From Desulfurococcaceae archaeon (lineage in GTDB: Archaea > Thermoproteota > Thermoprotei_A > Sulfolobales > NBVN01), in NCBI GenBank assembly GCA_020832985.1, contig JAJHRE010000002.1, positions 22,991-86,990 of the forward strand: DNA of 64,000 nt, read 5' to 3'. Both the position numbers and the translations under genes were made by a program. Below, piece by piece: positions 42,137-52,119 of the stretch. Numbering within the stretch: position 1 is the stretch's first letter; each line of letters opens with the position of its first letter. The notes below the pieces were generated by a model. It saw nothing but the letters and a program-made list of their open reading frames with translations, was not told the DNA's origin and did no database searches.

Positions 42137-42766
42137 GTGACCCACACTCACCATAGGGTAGGACCTATAGAGTCTTTAAAGAAGGACTTCGTAGTTCTGG
42201 TAATGGCTTCAAGACATATAAAGTATGAGGATGAGGTAGGTAGGTTTAGGAAGACTATGGAGATTTTAAGGAAGTATAACCCGGTCAACCTAGGTAATAT
42301 GGTTGTAGGTAATAAGTACTGGAGGGATGAGGAAGACATAGTGAGTAGGTTTAGAGAGTACGGTAATATAGTTCATGGTGTATACGCAAGTGCTGAGCAG
42401 GTTAAGGAAGTCCTTAAAGAACTTAAAGACGCTAATCTAGGGTTATCAGTAGTTGTTACAGGTGTTTATGAGGAGGTATTTAAGATACTTAAGGAGGTTG
42501 GATTAAGACCACATACTATAAACTTATCATTAGGTGTTTGGGGTAGGACTGAGAAACTACCTCCTAAGGAGGTATTAGAAATTACTACTATGTGTGGCCA
42601 CTGCATGGTATCACCATCATTAGTTATGAAGATGGTTAGTGAGATTAAGAAGGGTAGGTTATCACCAGCAAGTGCAGCTATAGAACTTGCTAGACCATGC
42701 GTATGCGGCGTATTTAACGTTAAGAGAGCTGAGGAATTACTGAGGAAGTTGGTTAGTAAGTATTGA
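42137..42766 (+). CDS. Hypothetical Cys/His-rich metal-binding protein
   Basis: THTHHR, TMCGHCMVS, PCVCGVFN; 4 nt downstream of the ferredoxin gene. Confidence 0.75.
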   Translation: MTHTHHRVGPIESLKKDFVVLVMASRHIKYEDEVGRFRKTMEILRKYNPVNLGNMVVGNKYWRDEEDIVSRFREYGNIVHGVYASAEQVKEVLKELKDANLGLSVVVTGVYEEVFKILKEVGLRPHTINLSLGVWGRTEKLPPKEVLEITTMCGHCMVSPSLVMKMVSEIKKGRLSPASAAIELARPCVCGVFNVKRAEELLRKLVSKY

Positions 42767-42930
42767 TACGTTTAAGATATGTAAGCATAGAGATTAAGAC
42801 CATAATCACAGTTTTCATACCATTAATCAATACCGTGATGAGTCTAAGACTCTAGGATATTGAGGTATTACATATTAACTTATTAAGAAAAGTTTTTATT
42901 ATTACCTTCACCACTATACTTGGTGTTTAG

Positions 42931-43809
42931 TTGACTGTCTATAGAGTTGATGTATGTGTTTTAAATGATGATTACTCAGGTTTTACTAAACTACTATCAT
43001 CTCATGGGTTATCACTTCATGTTAGGATTTACTCAGATAACGGTATTGATAATTTACTATTGGATGTAGGTCCTAGTAATCGTATAATTAAGTATAATTC
43101 AGAGTTGTTAGGGTTAGACTTAAGTGATGTTAAGGCTGTAGTTTTAAGCCATAGACATTACGACCATACTGGTGGTTTGAAACATGTGTTAAGGGTTAGT
43201 AATAGTGTTGGGAAGAGATTAACTGTTATAGCGCATCCATGGATTTTCAAACCATCAATAACTTTAAGTAGTGATAAGCAGGAGTTTGATAAGGGTATGC
43301 CGTACTCTTACGAGGAGTTAATCACTCTTAAACCTAATCTAATACTTACTAAGAGTTCCCTACGTATATCTGACTCTACATACTACCTAGGTGAGATCGG
43401 TAATTATATCGACCTCTCAAAGTATAAGGAGGGGTTCTACACAGTATTAGATGATGGTGAGTTAGTACCTGATAACCTACCAGATGATACTGGTTTAAGT
43501 GTTAAGGTGGAGGGTCTGGGGTTAATAGTTCTTAGCGGCTGTAGCCATAGCGGTATTGCTAATATAGTTAAGCAGGCGTCTGAAACGCTTAAGGAGAATG
43601 TCTATGCTGTTGTTGGAGGTCTCCACATGCTGAAGTATAGTGAGGATGATATACGAGAAAGTATTAGGATTCTGAAGGATTTAGGTGTTGAGTCAGTATA
43701 CGTAGGGCATTGTACAGGGTTTAAAGCCGAGAAGATATTAAGTGATGAGTTCAGAGATAAGTTCTATAAAATACATACAGGATTTAAAATCACCTTCAAA
43801 GGTGGATGA
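42931..43809 (+). CDS. MBL-fold metallo-hydrolase (COG1237-like)
   Basis: HGLS, LSHRHYDHTGG, GCSHSG, GGLH, GHCTG. Confidence 0.9.
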   Translation: MTVYRVDVCVLNDDYSGFTKLLSSHGLSLHVRIYSDNGIDNLLLDVGPSNRIIKYNSELLGLDLSDVKAVVLSHRHYDHTGGLKHVLRVSNSVGKRLTVIAHPWIFKPSITLSSDKQEFDKGMPYSYEELITLKPNLILTKSSLRISDSTYYLGEIGNYIDLSKYKEGFYTVLDDGELVPDNLPDDTGLSVKVEGLGLIVLSGCSHSGIANIVKQASETLKENVYAVVGGLHMLKYSEDDIRESIRILKDLGVESVYVGHCTGFKAEKILSDEFRDKFYKIHTGFKITFKGG

Positions 43810-43837
43810 TATATCTAGGGCTAACTGGAGTTAGGTA

Positions 43838-44431
43838 ATGTATTTGGATGTAAACATACTATTAAGTTTATCAGTACAGCTCTACGCGATTATGGATCCA
43901 GTAGCTGCTATACCACAGTTTATGAGGGTACTTGAAGATGTTGAGGAAGATGATGTGAGGAGTGTAGTTAATAAGACTGCTATAGCTATCTTCTCCCTAC
44001 TAACAATATTCACATTATTCGGTAACTACATCCTGAGCTTATTCGGTATATCGATTTCTTCATTAAGGGTGGCTGGTGGTGTGATATTAATGGGTGTTGC
44101 TTTAGATACGTTGATAACAGGGCATAAACCATCTAAGGTTGAAGTAGGTGAATATATAATAGTGCCGCTGGCAACACCATTAATCGTAGGTCCTGGAACT
44201 ATGACGTTACTCATAGTATCTACTGGTGTTTACGGAGTATTAACTACGTTAATAGCTGCTTACATAGCGTTCGTGGCTGTTTACATAACATTACTCTTAT
44301 CACCAATAATATTAAGACTTACAGGACCTACGTTCGTAAATGGTTTAGGAAGGTTTATGTCACTGATAATAGCGTCATTTGCTGTTGAGATGTTAGTAGG
44401 TGGTGTTAGAGAATTATTAATGATTCATTAA
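43838..44431 (+). CDS. MarC family membrane protein
   Basis: IMDPV, RVAGGVIL, VPLATPLIVGPG. Confidence 0.92.
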   Translation: MYLDVNILLSLSVQLYAIMDPVAAIPQFMRVLEDVEEDDVRSVVNKTAIAIFSLLTIFTLFGNYILSLFGISISSLRVAGGVILMGVALDTLITGHKPSKVEVGEYIIVPLATPLIVGPGTMTLLIVSTGVYGVLTTLIAAYIAFVAVYITLLLSPIILRLTGPTFVNGLGRFMSLIIASFAVEMLVGGVRELLMIH

Positions 44432-44453
44432 ACTTAAACCATATTGAGTTAAG

Positions 44454-44750
44454 TTATGTGTTTAAAGGTCTTCCCCTTAACCCCTTAACGTTATGTACAT
44501 GTACGTGTTCTCCAACACCTATATTCTTAGTAGCTACCCCTATAACTTCCCCATACTTTACTACGTATTCACCTTCTTTAATTTCTCTTATTGAGAATTT
44601 ATGTCCGAAGGGTATATCATCTAATAACTTTACCTTGATGTTGATGCCTTGAATAGATAATTCAACCTCATCACCTCTTTTTAAGTTTGTTAATGCTATA
44701 GCTACATTATCTTTCTCATTTAAGAGTAAAACCTTCCTCACAGACCTCAC
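44454..44750 (-). CDS. UxaA/GarD-type SAF domain small subunit
   Basis: DNVAIAL, IPFGHK, KYGEVIG, GEHVHVHN. Confidence 0.9.
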   Translation of the reverse strand: MRSVRKVLLLNEKDNVAIALTNLKRGDEVELSIQGINIKVKLLDDIPFGHKFSIREIKEGEYVVKYGEVIGVATKNIGVGEHVHVHNVKGLRGRPLNT

Positions 44751-45559
44751 CTATATAACTTTTCAATACTTTCTATATCTTCTTTACTCAACCTCCAACC
44801 AAGAGCTCCTTTAAACTCATCAACCCTTTCAACCTTCTCGGTCTTAGGAATTGCTACTACGTAAGGTCTTGAGATTAAGAAGTTTAGAGCTACTTGGACT
44901 GCAGTCTTACTGTATTTAGAACCTATCCTCATGAGTTCTCTATCATTAACTACTAAACCCCTCTCTAACGGTGAGTATGCCTGTATTGTTATACCTTCTT
45001 GAATAGCGTATGGGAGTAAGTCCTTCTCTATAGACCTATCATAAACACTATACTTAACCTGATTTACAACGATATCATACTTACTCGTAGCTTCTATAGC
45101 CTCCTTCAACTCAGTTAATGTGAAGTTTGAAACCCCTACATACCTACATAACCCCTCATCAGCTATAGCTTCGAGGGCTTTAACCTGCTTCTCAATACTT
45201 ACCCGTTTATTAGGCCAGTGAATGAGTATTAGGTCAACTGTGTTCAGGCCTAACCTACGTAGGCTAGCCTTAGCAGCCTTAATAGCCTCACCCTTATCAA
45301 CAAACCTCTCAGGTAGTAGTTTAGTAGTTATGAAGACCTCCCCCTTAAAATCCTTAACCACCCTACCAACTAATTCCTCAGCCTTACCGTAACCGTACAT
45401 CTCAGCAGTATCTATGAGGGTTAAACCTATACTTAAAGCATGTCTTAAAGCATTCTCAGCATCTCTGTAATTACGGATGTCCCAGGTACCTATACCTATA
45501 GCAGGTATTGACTCACCAGACCTACCAAGTGGTTTTCTATCCATAAAATCTATAAACAC
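44747..45559 (-). CDS. Aldo/keto reductase
   Basis: IDTAEMYG, LIHWP, GVSNF, AYSPL, IPK. Confidence 0.93.
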   Translation of the reverse strand: MFIDFMDRKPLGRSGESIPAIGIGTWDIRNYRDAENALRHALSIGLTLIDTAEMYGYGKAEELVGRVVKDFKGEVFITTKLLPERFVDKGEAIKAAKASLRRLGLNTVDLILIHWPNKRVSIEKQVKALEAIADEGLCRYVGVSNFTLTELKEAIEATSKYDIVVNQVKYSVYDRSIEKDLLPYAIQEGITIQAYSPLERGLVVNDRELMRIGSKYSKTAVQVALNFLISRPYVVAIPKTEKVERVDEFKGALGWRLSKEDIESIEKLYR

Positions 45560-45656
45560 TGACGTACTAACACCATTATAAATATAACGTTAACGACTTA
45601 AATCTAAAAACGTACCCCACAGAAACTACTAAATGTATTCCTAATATGTTGAAGTC

Positions 45657-46760
45657 CTACCATAGTGAATACTTAGGTTCTATACGGACTCCATACTCAT
45701 CCAAACGTTTGTAGAGTTCTTGAAGAGCTTCCTCATCAGACCTAGTTAGGGTTGGTGGGTGTTTAAAGTATGGTGCTGATGCCCAACTAGGTGCTCCGTA
45801 TATCCCTAAATCATTTAAGACCTTAGTTAATCTTATTACATCTACTAATACTGCTGACGCCATAGCTTTATCATCAACTACTAACTTCACGTCTAGTGTT
45901 ACTGGTAGTCCCATAAATCCTAGGGCTTTAATGTATATGTACGATACCTTGGTATTCGCTAGGAATGGTATGTATCCGTTAGGTCCTGCAAAAACCTTAT
46001 TAAAAGTTTCGTAGGGGTTTGATTGGGTTGAAGCTACAGCCATAGTCTTACTAATTTTCTTACTATGTAGTCTTGACTGTTCTAACATGTTTTTAAAGTC
46101 TGTATTACCACCTACGTTAAGCTGGTATGACTCTACAATCTCACCACCTCTCATAGCTATTAACCTAGCTAGTGCTCTATGAACTATAGTTGCACCTAAC
46201 TGACCCTTAATATCATCACCTAGTAACGTCGCTTTATTACTCATGAATAACTCCTGATACTTAGGGTCACTCGCTATGAATTCCGGTATACAGTTTATGA
46301 ATGAGACTCCAGCCCTAGCAGCAACATCAGCGTAGAACTTAGTTGCTTGAGAACTACCTACCGGGAGTAAGTTAATCAGTATATCTACACCGACATCTCT
46401 TAACTCACGGACTAACTCATCAGCTGTAGGTTCTGGCTCATCAGATGGTGTGAAGTCCTCAACCATATGCTCAGCAACACCATCTAATACCTTACCCATC
46501 CTCACCTTAACACCTGTTAAGCCAATATCAACTAGCTTAGGTACTAGGTTAGGTGGTTGGAATATAGCTTCAGCTAAGTCCTTACCAACCTTATATTTGG
46601 ATACATCAACAGCGTACACCACCTCTATATCACCAACACCATACTTACCGATGAAAGTATGTATTAACCCCTTAACACTCCCACTATACCTGTAATAATG
46701 AATTGACTGAATAAGCATTGACGCTATATTCCCGACACCGACTATACCAACCCTAATCAT
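45657..46760 (-). CDS. ino1: myo-inositol-1-phosphate synthase
   Basis: GVGNIAS, LPVGS, GDDIKGQLGAT, QLNVGGNTDF, SKKISKT. Confidence 0.93.
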   Translation of the reverse strand: MIRVGIVGVGNIASMLIQSIHYYRYSGSVKGLIHTFIGKYGVGDIEVVYAVDVSKYKVGKDLAEAIFQPPNLVPKLVDIGLTGVKVRMGKVLDGVAEHMVEDFTPSDEPEPTADELVRELRDVGVDILINLLPVGSSQATKFYADVAARAGVSFINCIPEFIASDPKYQELFMSNKATLLGDDIKGQLGATIVHRALARLIAMRGGEIVESYQLNVGGNTDFKNMLEQSRLHSKKISKTMAVASTQSNPYETFNKVFAGPNGYIPFLANTKVSYIYIKALGFMGLPVTLDVKLVVDDKAMASAVLVDVIRLTKVLNDLGIYGAPSWASAPYFKHPPTLTRSDEEALQELYKRLDEYGVRIEPKYSLW

Positions 46761-46850
46761 ACTACTACCTCTAAATACTTATATTTACAGGTATAAATAT
46801 TTACTTCTGTAAATATAAGCTATGACATCATTAATTAACAGGTGGTATAA

Positions 46851-47180
46851 CTGAAAACAACTAAAGCCTACGAGAGATTAAAGAGGAAGTTAACTATAGA
46901 GAATCTATGGTTATACATAATTAAGATCTTAAAGGATGAGGGGGAGTTAAGAGCTTACGATATTAAGAAACACTTAGTAACGTCTTTTAATTTAAGACCT
47001 GCTACCATAACAGTATACTCAGTGATATATAAGATGGTTAAGGAGGGGTTAATAACGGATGTTAAGATGTCTGACGGTACTCGTTACAGAGTCACTGAGA
47101 AAGGGTTAGAGACTTTTAAACAAGGACTTAACTATATCAGTGAATTACTTAAGATGTTAAGTGATGACCGTAGTGATTAG
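46851..47180 (+). CDS. PadR-like winged-helix regulator with CTG start (missed by ORF track)
   Basis: CTG after AGGTGG SD; KTTKAYERLKRKLTIENLWLYIIKILKDEGELRAYDIKK...TVYSVIYKMVKEGLI...YRVTEKG; 109 aa. Confidence 0.85.
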   Translation: MKTTKAYERLKRKLTIENLWLYIIKILKDEGELRAYDIKKHLVTSFNLRPATITVYSVIYKMVKEGLITDVKMSDGTRYRVTEKGLETFKQGLNYISELLKMLSDDRSD

Positions 47181-47188
47181 GTGTTGGT

Positions 47189-47614
47189 ATGGGTAGTGGA
47201 TTTAGAGTGTATATGAAAGAGGTTGAGGTTAGTAGTAAGAAGAAGTTTGAGGTAATAAGGATTACAGAATTAGTTAAGGAAGCTGTGAGGGAGTCAGGTA
47301 TTAAGGACGGCTTAGTATTAGTTTACGTACCACATGCAACAGCTACTGTAATAGTGAATGAGTATGAGCCGAGGATATGTGAAGACTATATTGAGTGGTT
47401 GAGGAGGTATGTACCACCAAATATTGGTTGGAGACATGATGAAATAGATGATAACGCTCATGCACACATAGCATCAGCTATAGTAGGTCCTGGAAGGGTC
47501 ATACCCGTACATAACGGTAAGTTACTCTTAGGTACTTGGCAAGAGATCATGTTGGTAGAACTTGACGGCCCTAGAGCCTCGAGAAAGGTAATTATTGAGG
47601 TTATAGGTGGTTGA
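47189..47614 (+). CDS. YjbQ/UPF0047 family protein
   Basis: PHATA, HDEIDDNAHAH, LGTWQ, ELDGPR. Confidence 0.93.
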   Translation: MGSGFRVYMKEVEVSSKKKFEVIRITELVKEAVRESGIKDGLVLVYVPHATATVIVNEYEPRICEDYIEWLRRYVPPNIGWRHDEIDDNAHAHIASAIVGPGRVIPVHNGKLLLGTWQEIMLVELDGPRASRKVIIEVIGG

Positions 47615-47667
47615 TAAAGTAGTCAGACACCACTACTTATACTTAAGTAGCTATAGATAATATATTA

Positions 47668-49143
47668 TTAAGTAATATTATTAAGTACTTGTTTAAGGTG
47701 TTCAATATACCTACTAATAACTTCCTCATCACTAATACTTGGGTTACAGCATAGTACCTCCTCATCACCAGCTACTATAACACCTACTCTAGAACCCCTC
47801 CTTAAGTTATTAATAACTAATGCGTGAGGTGCTAACACCGTTATTAAATCCTTATTCAAGTCCCTATAACTACCTATAGCTACTGGTTTGACTAACTCCT
47901 TAGATATCAGTCTAAACACTTTACTTAACTTAAGTAGGTCACCTACTGTTAATACCTTACTGACAATACCACCTAACTCTGGGGGTAGTGAATTCTTGAG
48001 GTATTCGTAATATTCCTTAAATTCAAGACTCTCTAAGCTGTAGTTATTAACTACGTTAACAATCCATACAACTAACCTATCTATGAGTGATTCATTATTG
48101 TAGTAAGTATCTAAGTCTGTATGATATACGTCATCTATATCCCTTAAATTATGGAGGGTTACTGTAGGGATACCTAAAGAACTAAATGAGATCCCATCAC
48201 TGTATGGGTGGTCAAACCCTTCATAGGAGTACTTAAGGGTTGAGTACTTGATGAAGAACTTACCAATCTCCGGGCCTGTAGCGTTAACTCTGATAGGTTC
48301 CATACATGCTGTATCTAAGTTTACAACAAATTCTAAATTACTTAAGTCTGTATTCCTCACAAATTCTCTAGAACCGTATGACCAATACCAAGGACTTAAG
48401 TTAGGATTACCGAATTCCTCAGCTGTAAAGCTTACTAGCCTTAACGTATGCTTAATCCTTGACTTACTCACAACCTCAGCTAGCTTAAGTAGTGTGTAAA
48501 GACCTACTACATTATCCCTATAACCTGTAAACCATCTATCATGATGTGCTGAGACTAAGACCTCACCCTCCCTACTACCACCTACAACTACCTCAACATT
48601 ATATCCAACACCCCCTCTAACATCTGTCTTACACCTAAGCTCAACATACTTACCAATCAACTCCTTCATCTTAACACCGTCTTCAAATCTCATATGAACT
48701 GCAGGTATTGGAGGGGGCCTACCACTCCCGAACGAATAACTCCAAACACCACTTACTACAATCCTCCTAAACCTTCCTGGATAACTATCGTAGAATATAA
48801 CTGCTTCAGCACCTGCCTCAACAGCTAAGTTATAGAGTACCCAGACATTATCCGGGAAGTCAGTAGTACTTAGGAGTAATACCTTACCGTAAGACTCGAC
48901 GATATTATCTGTTAACTCACCACGTACTTCAGAAGTAGTTATCGGTGGTAAACACCTACATACGTAATCATCAACATCACATGCTATATCCTCCCATGTG
49001 ATAACGTTAATAGGGTGTAACTTAACCTCTAATCCTAACTCTGTAAAGTAGTCCCTCAACTTACTAACTACGAGTAACTCCCTCTCAGAACCTGCTATAA
49101 CTTCATTAATACTTATTAACTCACTTAACAACTCCTTCAACAT
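47668..49143 (-). CDS. M28 family peptidase (PA domain)
   Basis: SAHHD, DN..G, FTAEEFG, NLD, SDG, YHT. Confidence 0.85.
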   Translation of the reverse strand: MLKELLSELISINEVIAGSERELLVVSKLRDYFTELGLEVKLHPINVITWEDIACDVDDYVCRCLPPITTSEVRGELTDNIVESYGKVLLLSTTDFPDNVWVLYNLAVEAGAEAVIFYDSYPGRFRRIVVSGVWSYSFGSGRPPPIPAVHMRFEDGVKMKELIGKYVELRCKTDVRGGVGYNVEVVVGGSREGEVLVSAHHDRWFTGYRDNVVGLYTLLKLAEVVSKSRIKHTLRLVSFTAEEFGNPNLSPWYWSYGSREFVRNTDLSNLEFVVNLDTACMEPIRVNATGPEIGKFFIKYSTLKYSYEGFDHPYSDGISFSSLGIPTVTLHNLRDIDDVYHTDLDTYYNNESLIDRLVVWIVNVVNNYSLESLEFKEYYEYLKNSLPPELGGIVSKVLTVGDLLKLSKVFRLISKELVKPVAIGSYRDLNKDLITVLAPHALVINNLRRGSRVGVIVAGDEEVLCCNPSISDEEVISRYIEHLKQVLNNIT

Positions 49144-49261
49144 CTCTCAAACACCGCTAGAACTACATATCGAGGTTAAATAAGTAGTAATTTAAATGAC
49201 GTTAATAATTTAAATATGTAGCCGTAAGTGTATTTACGTAAGACGTTTATGTGGTGTTAGT

Positions 49262-50467
49262 ATGGGTGGTACCTACCCCTTAACAGGTATTAAAGTCTTA
49301 GACTTCACATCAGCTATGGCTGGACCCTTCGCTACTATGTTATTAGCTGATTTAGGTGCTGAGGTTATTAAGGTAGAACCTCCTACAGGTGATCATGCCC
49401 GTGATTGGGGACCTCCATTCTATATGGAGAAATATAGTGCGTATTTCGCATCTGTTAATAGAGGTAAGAAGAGTGTCGTTATTAACTTAAGGGATCCTAA
49501 AGGTAGGGAGATAATATATAAGTTAGTTAGTAGGTCTCGAATTGTTATAGAGTCCTTCAGACCTGGTGTAACGTCTAGATTAGGTATAGATTATGAATCA
49601 CTATCTAAGATAAACCCTAACATCATATACTGTTCAATCTCTGGCTTCGGTCAGTACGGTCCTTACAAGGACTTACCTGGTTATGACTTAATAGCGTTAG
49701 CTATGAGTGGTTTAATGGATTTAACAGGTGAACCTGATAGACCTCCGGTTAAGTTCGGAGTCCCTATATCCGATATAATTACTGGTATGTATGCAGTGAT
49801 TGCTATATTATCAGCACTTTACTTAGGTATTGGATGCCATATAGACCTATCACTACTTGATAGTTCTATATCCATACTCACACATCAAGCAGGATACTAC
49901 TTCGTAACTAATGAAGACCCTAAGAGGTTAGGTAGTGCACACTCCAGTATAGCTCCGTATCAAGCATTTAAGGCTAGAGATGGCTATATAGTAGTTGCTG
50001 TAGGTAATGACAGTATTTGGAGGGATTTCTGTACAGCTATTGGGAAGCCAGAACTAATTAATGATGAGAGATTCTACACAAATAGTGAGAGGGTAAGACA
50101 TAGGGAGGAGTTAGTTAAGATTCTTGAGGAATTACTTAGTAAGGAAGGTGTTGATTACTGGGTCAGTAAGTTAAGAAGTGCTGGGATCCCTGTAGCACCT
50201 GTATATAGAGTCAGTCAAGCACTTAAAGACCCGCATGTAGTGAGTAGGAATATGGTTGTTGAAGCCCAACATAAGGTTGTAGGTACTATTAAGATGATTG
50301 CAAACCCTATCAAATACCTAACTAGTAATGTAAGTGTTGGGATGTATAAACCACCACCACTACTAGGTGAACATACTGTCGAAGTACTTAAGGATTTAGG
50401 ATATAGTGATGATGAGATAAGAAATCTAATAAGGGATGGAGTAGTAGCTACTTACTATGAATTCTAG
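49262..50467 (+). CDS. Family III CoA-transferase (CaiB/Frc-like)
   Basis: AGPFATMLLADLGAEVIKVE, NRGKKS, SGFGQ.GP, catalytic SD, PPLLGEHT. Confidence 0.93.
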   Translation: MGGTYPLTGIKVLDFTSAMAGPFATMLLADLGAEVIKVEPPTGDHARDWGPPFYMEKYSAYFASVNRGKKSVVINLRDPKGREIIYKLVSRSRIVIESFRPGVTSRLGIDYESLSKINPNIIYCSISGFGQYGPYKDLPGYDLIALAMSGLMDLTGEPDRPPVKFGVPISDIITGMYAVIAILSALYLGIGCHIDLSLLDSSISILTHQAGYYFVTNEDPKRLGSAHSSIAPYQAFKARDGYIVVAVGNDSIWRDFCTAIGKPELINDERFYTNSERVRHREELVKILEELLSKEGVDYWVSKLRSAGIPVAPVYRVSQALKDPHVVSRNMVVEAQHKVVGTIKMIANPIKYLTSNVSVGMYKPPPLLGEHTVEVLKDLGYSDDEIRNLIRDGVVATYYEF

Positions 50468-50485
50468 GGATTAGCTAGGTAGTAG

Positions 50486-50722
50486 TTAAACCTTACGTAT
50501 GAATACCTTCACATAACCTAAATTCTCCTCAACTGAAGCTACTCTAAATCCATGCCTATCTATTAAGACCTCTAACACCTTAACAGGTATGTCTTCAGGA
50601 TTAACCAGTATCACAGCTTCTGAATCCTTAAGCTCCTTTAAAACTCTATTTAACTTAGTTACTGGGTGACCACCACAACCAGGTTCTCTAAACCTTAAAT
50701 CAATTACAACCACCTTAAACAC
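50486..50722 (-). CDS. Small SirA/TusA-like protein
   Basis: 78 aa, IDLR...GC..HP, C-terminal VFIRK pattern. Confidence 0.55.
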   Translation of the reverse strand: MFKVVVIDLRFREPGCGGHPVTKLNRVLKELKDSEAVILVNPEDIPVKVLEVLIDRHGFRVASVEENLGYVKVFIRKV

Positions 50723-50779
50723 CTCTACTGAGGCTTTACCTAGTTAACTTAATAAGTTACTGGTTAATAAGTAACGTAG

Positions 50780-50808
50780 AGATAACTAAGTTATCTTAAA
50801 CTTATAAA
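50780..50808 (+). promoter_or_regulatory. Perfect palindrome (candidate operator) next to the TATA box of thi4
   Basis: AGATAACT-A-AGTTATCT at 50780-50796, then CTTATAAA at 50801-50808. Confidence 0.55.
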
Positions 50809-50830
50809 TCATTACCTAAAGGTTGAGGTG

Positions 50831-51528
<698 letters not shown>

Positions 51529-51533
51529 GTTTA

Positions 51534-51665
51534 ATGTATTGTCAGGTATGCAGACGTAGATTAGCTACGTATGTTTGTAGGAGGTGTTATAGGAGGATAT
51601 GTGATAGATGTATACGTATTCATGGATTATGTGTTGAGTGTTCTAATGATTTACTAAAGTTATGA
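51534..51665 (+). CDS. 43-aa zinc-finger microprotein (4x CxxC; missed by ORF track)
   Basis: MYCQVCRRRLATYVCRRCYRRICDRCIRIHGLCVECSNDLLKL. Confidence 0.8.
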   Translation: MYCQVCRRRLATYVCRRCYRRICDRCIRIHGLCVECSNDLLKL

Positions 51666-51736
51666 TAGCTGTTTTAATTAGTTGCTTAAGATATGTTAAA
51701 AAGAGGGGATTATATGGATGTTCTATTATTTTAAAA

Positions 51737-52054
51737 TTATGTAGTTTTAGTTGGGGGTTTACCCTCCTCAGCTGTAGTGGTTTTCTGAGTTTCACTTTCT
51801 AACTTCTTTAATTCTTCTTCAATCTCCTTCTCAATCTCCTCTATAGGCTTAGGTGGAGGTGTTGAAGCTAATGTATAGCCTATCCATGCTAGGATACCGA
51901 ATACCCCTGCTACTGCTATGAAGCCGGTTAATTTGAGTATGAGTAAAGCGTATTCACTTAGGAAGACTAACCACCCATATATGAGGATTACCACGATAGA
52001 GATTATCATCATTCCAAAACCTAAGGCTTGATCCTTACTCACTACATACATCAC
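51737..52054 (-). CDS. Small two-TM membrane protein with PPPKP linker and acidic coiled tail
   Basis: Two hydrophobic helices then TPPPKPIEEIEKEIEEELKK. Confidence 0.75.
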   Translation of the reverse strand: MMYVVSKDQALGFGMMIISIVVILIYGWLVFLSEYALLILKLTGFIAVAGVFGILAWIGYTLASTPPPKPIEEIEKEIEEELKKLESETQKTTTAEEGKPPTKTT

Positions 52055-52119
52055 CTAGATATTATTGTAGGGAAGTACTATTTTAAGTCTTAATACTGAG
52101 TTAATTTCAGGACATACCT

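Noticed and set aside
42835..42890. Possible C/D sRNA starting GTGATGA
   Set aside because: No properly spaced CTGA D box.
39422..49241. Shared TTACGTAA in the AOR and CoA-transferase promoters
   Set aside because: An AT-rich 8-mer at different distances from the TATA box; compatible with chance.
49262..50467. Family III CoA-transferase as formyl-CoA supplier for the HypC fusion
   Set aside because: It is 33 kb away with no linkage, and its substrate cannot be read from the sequence.
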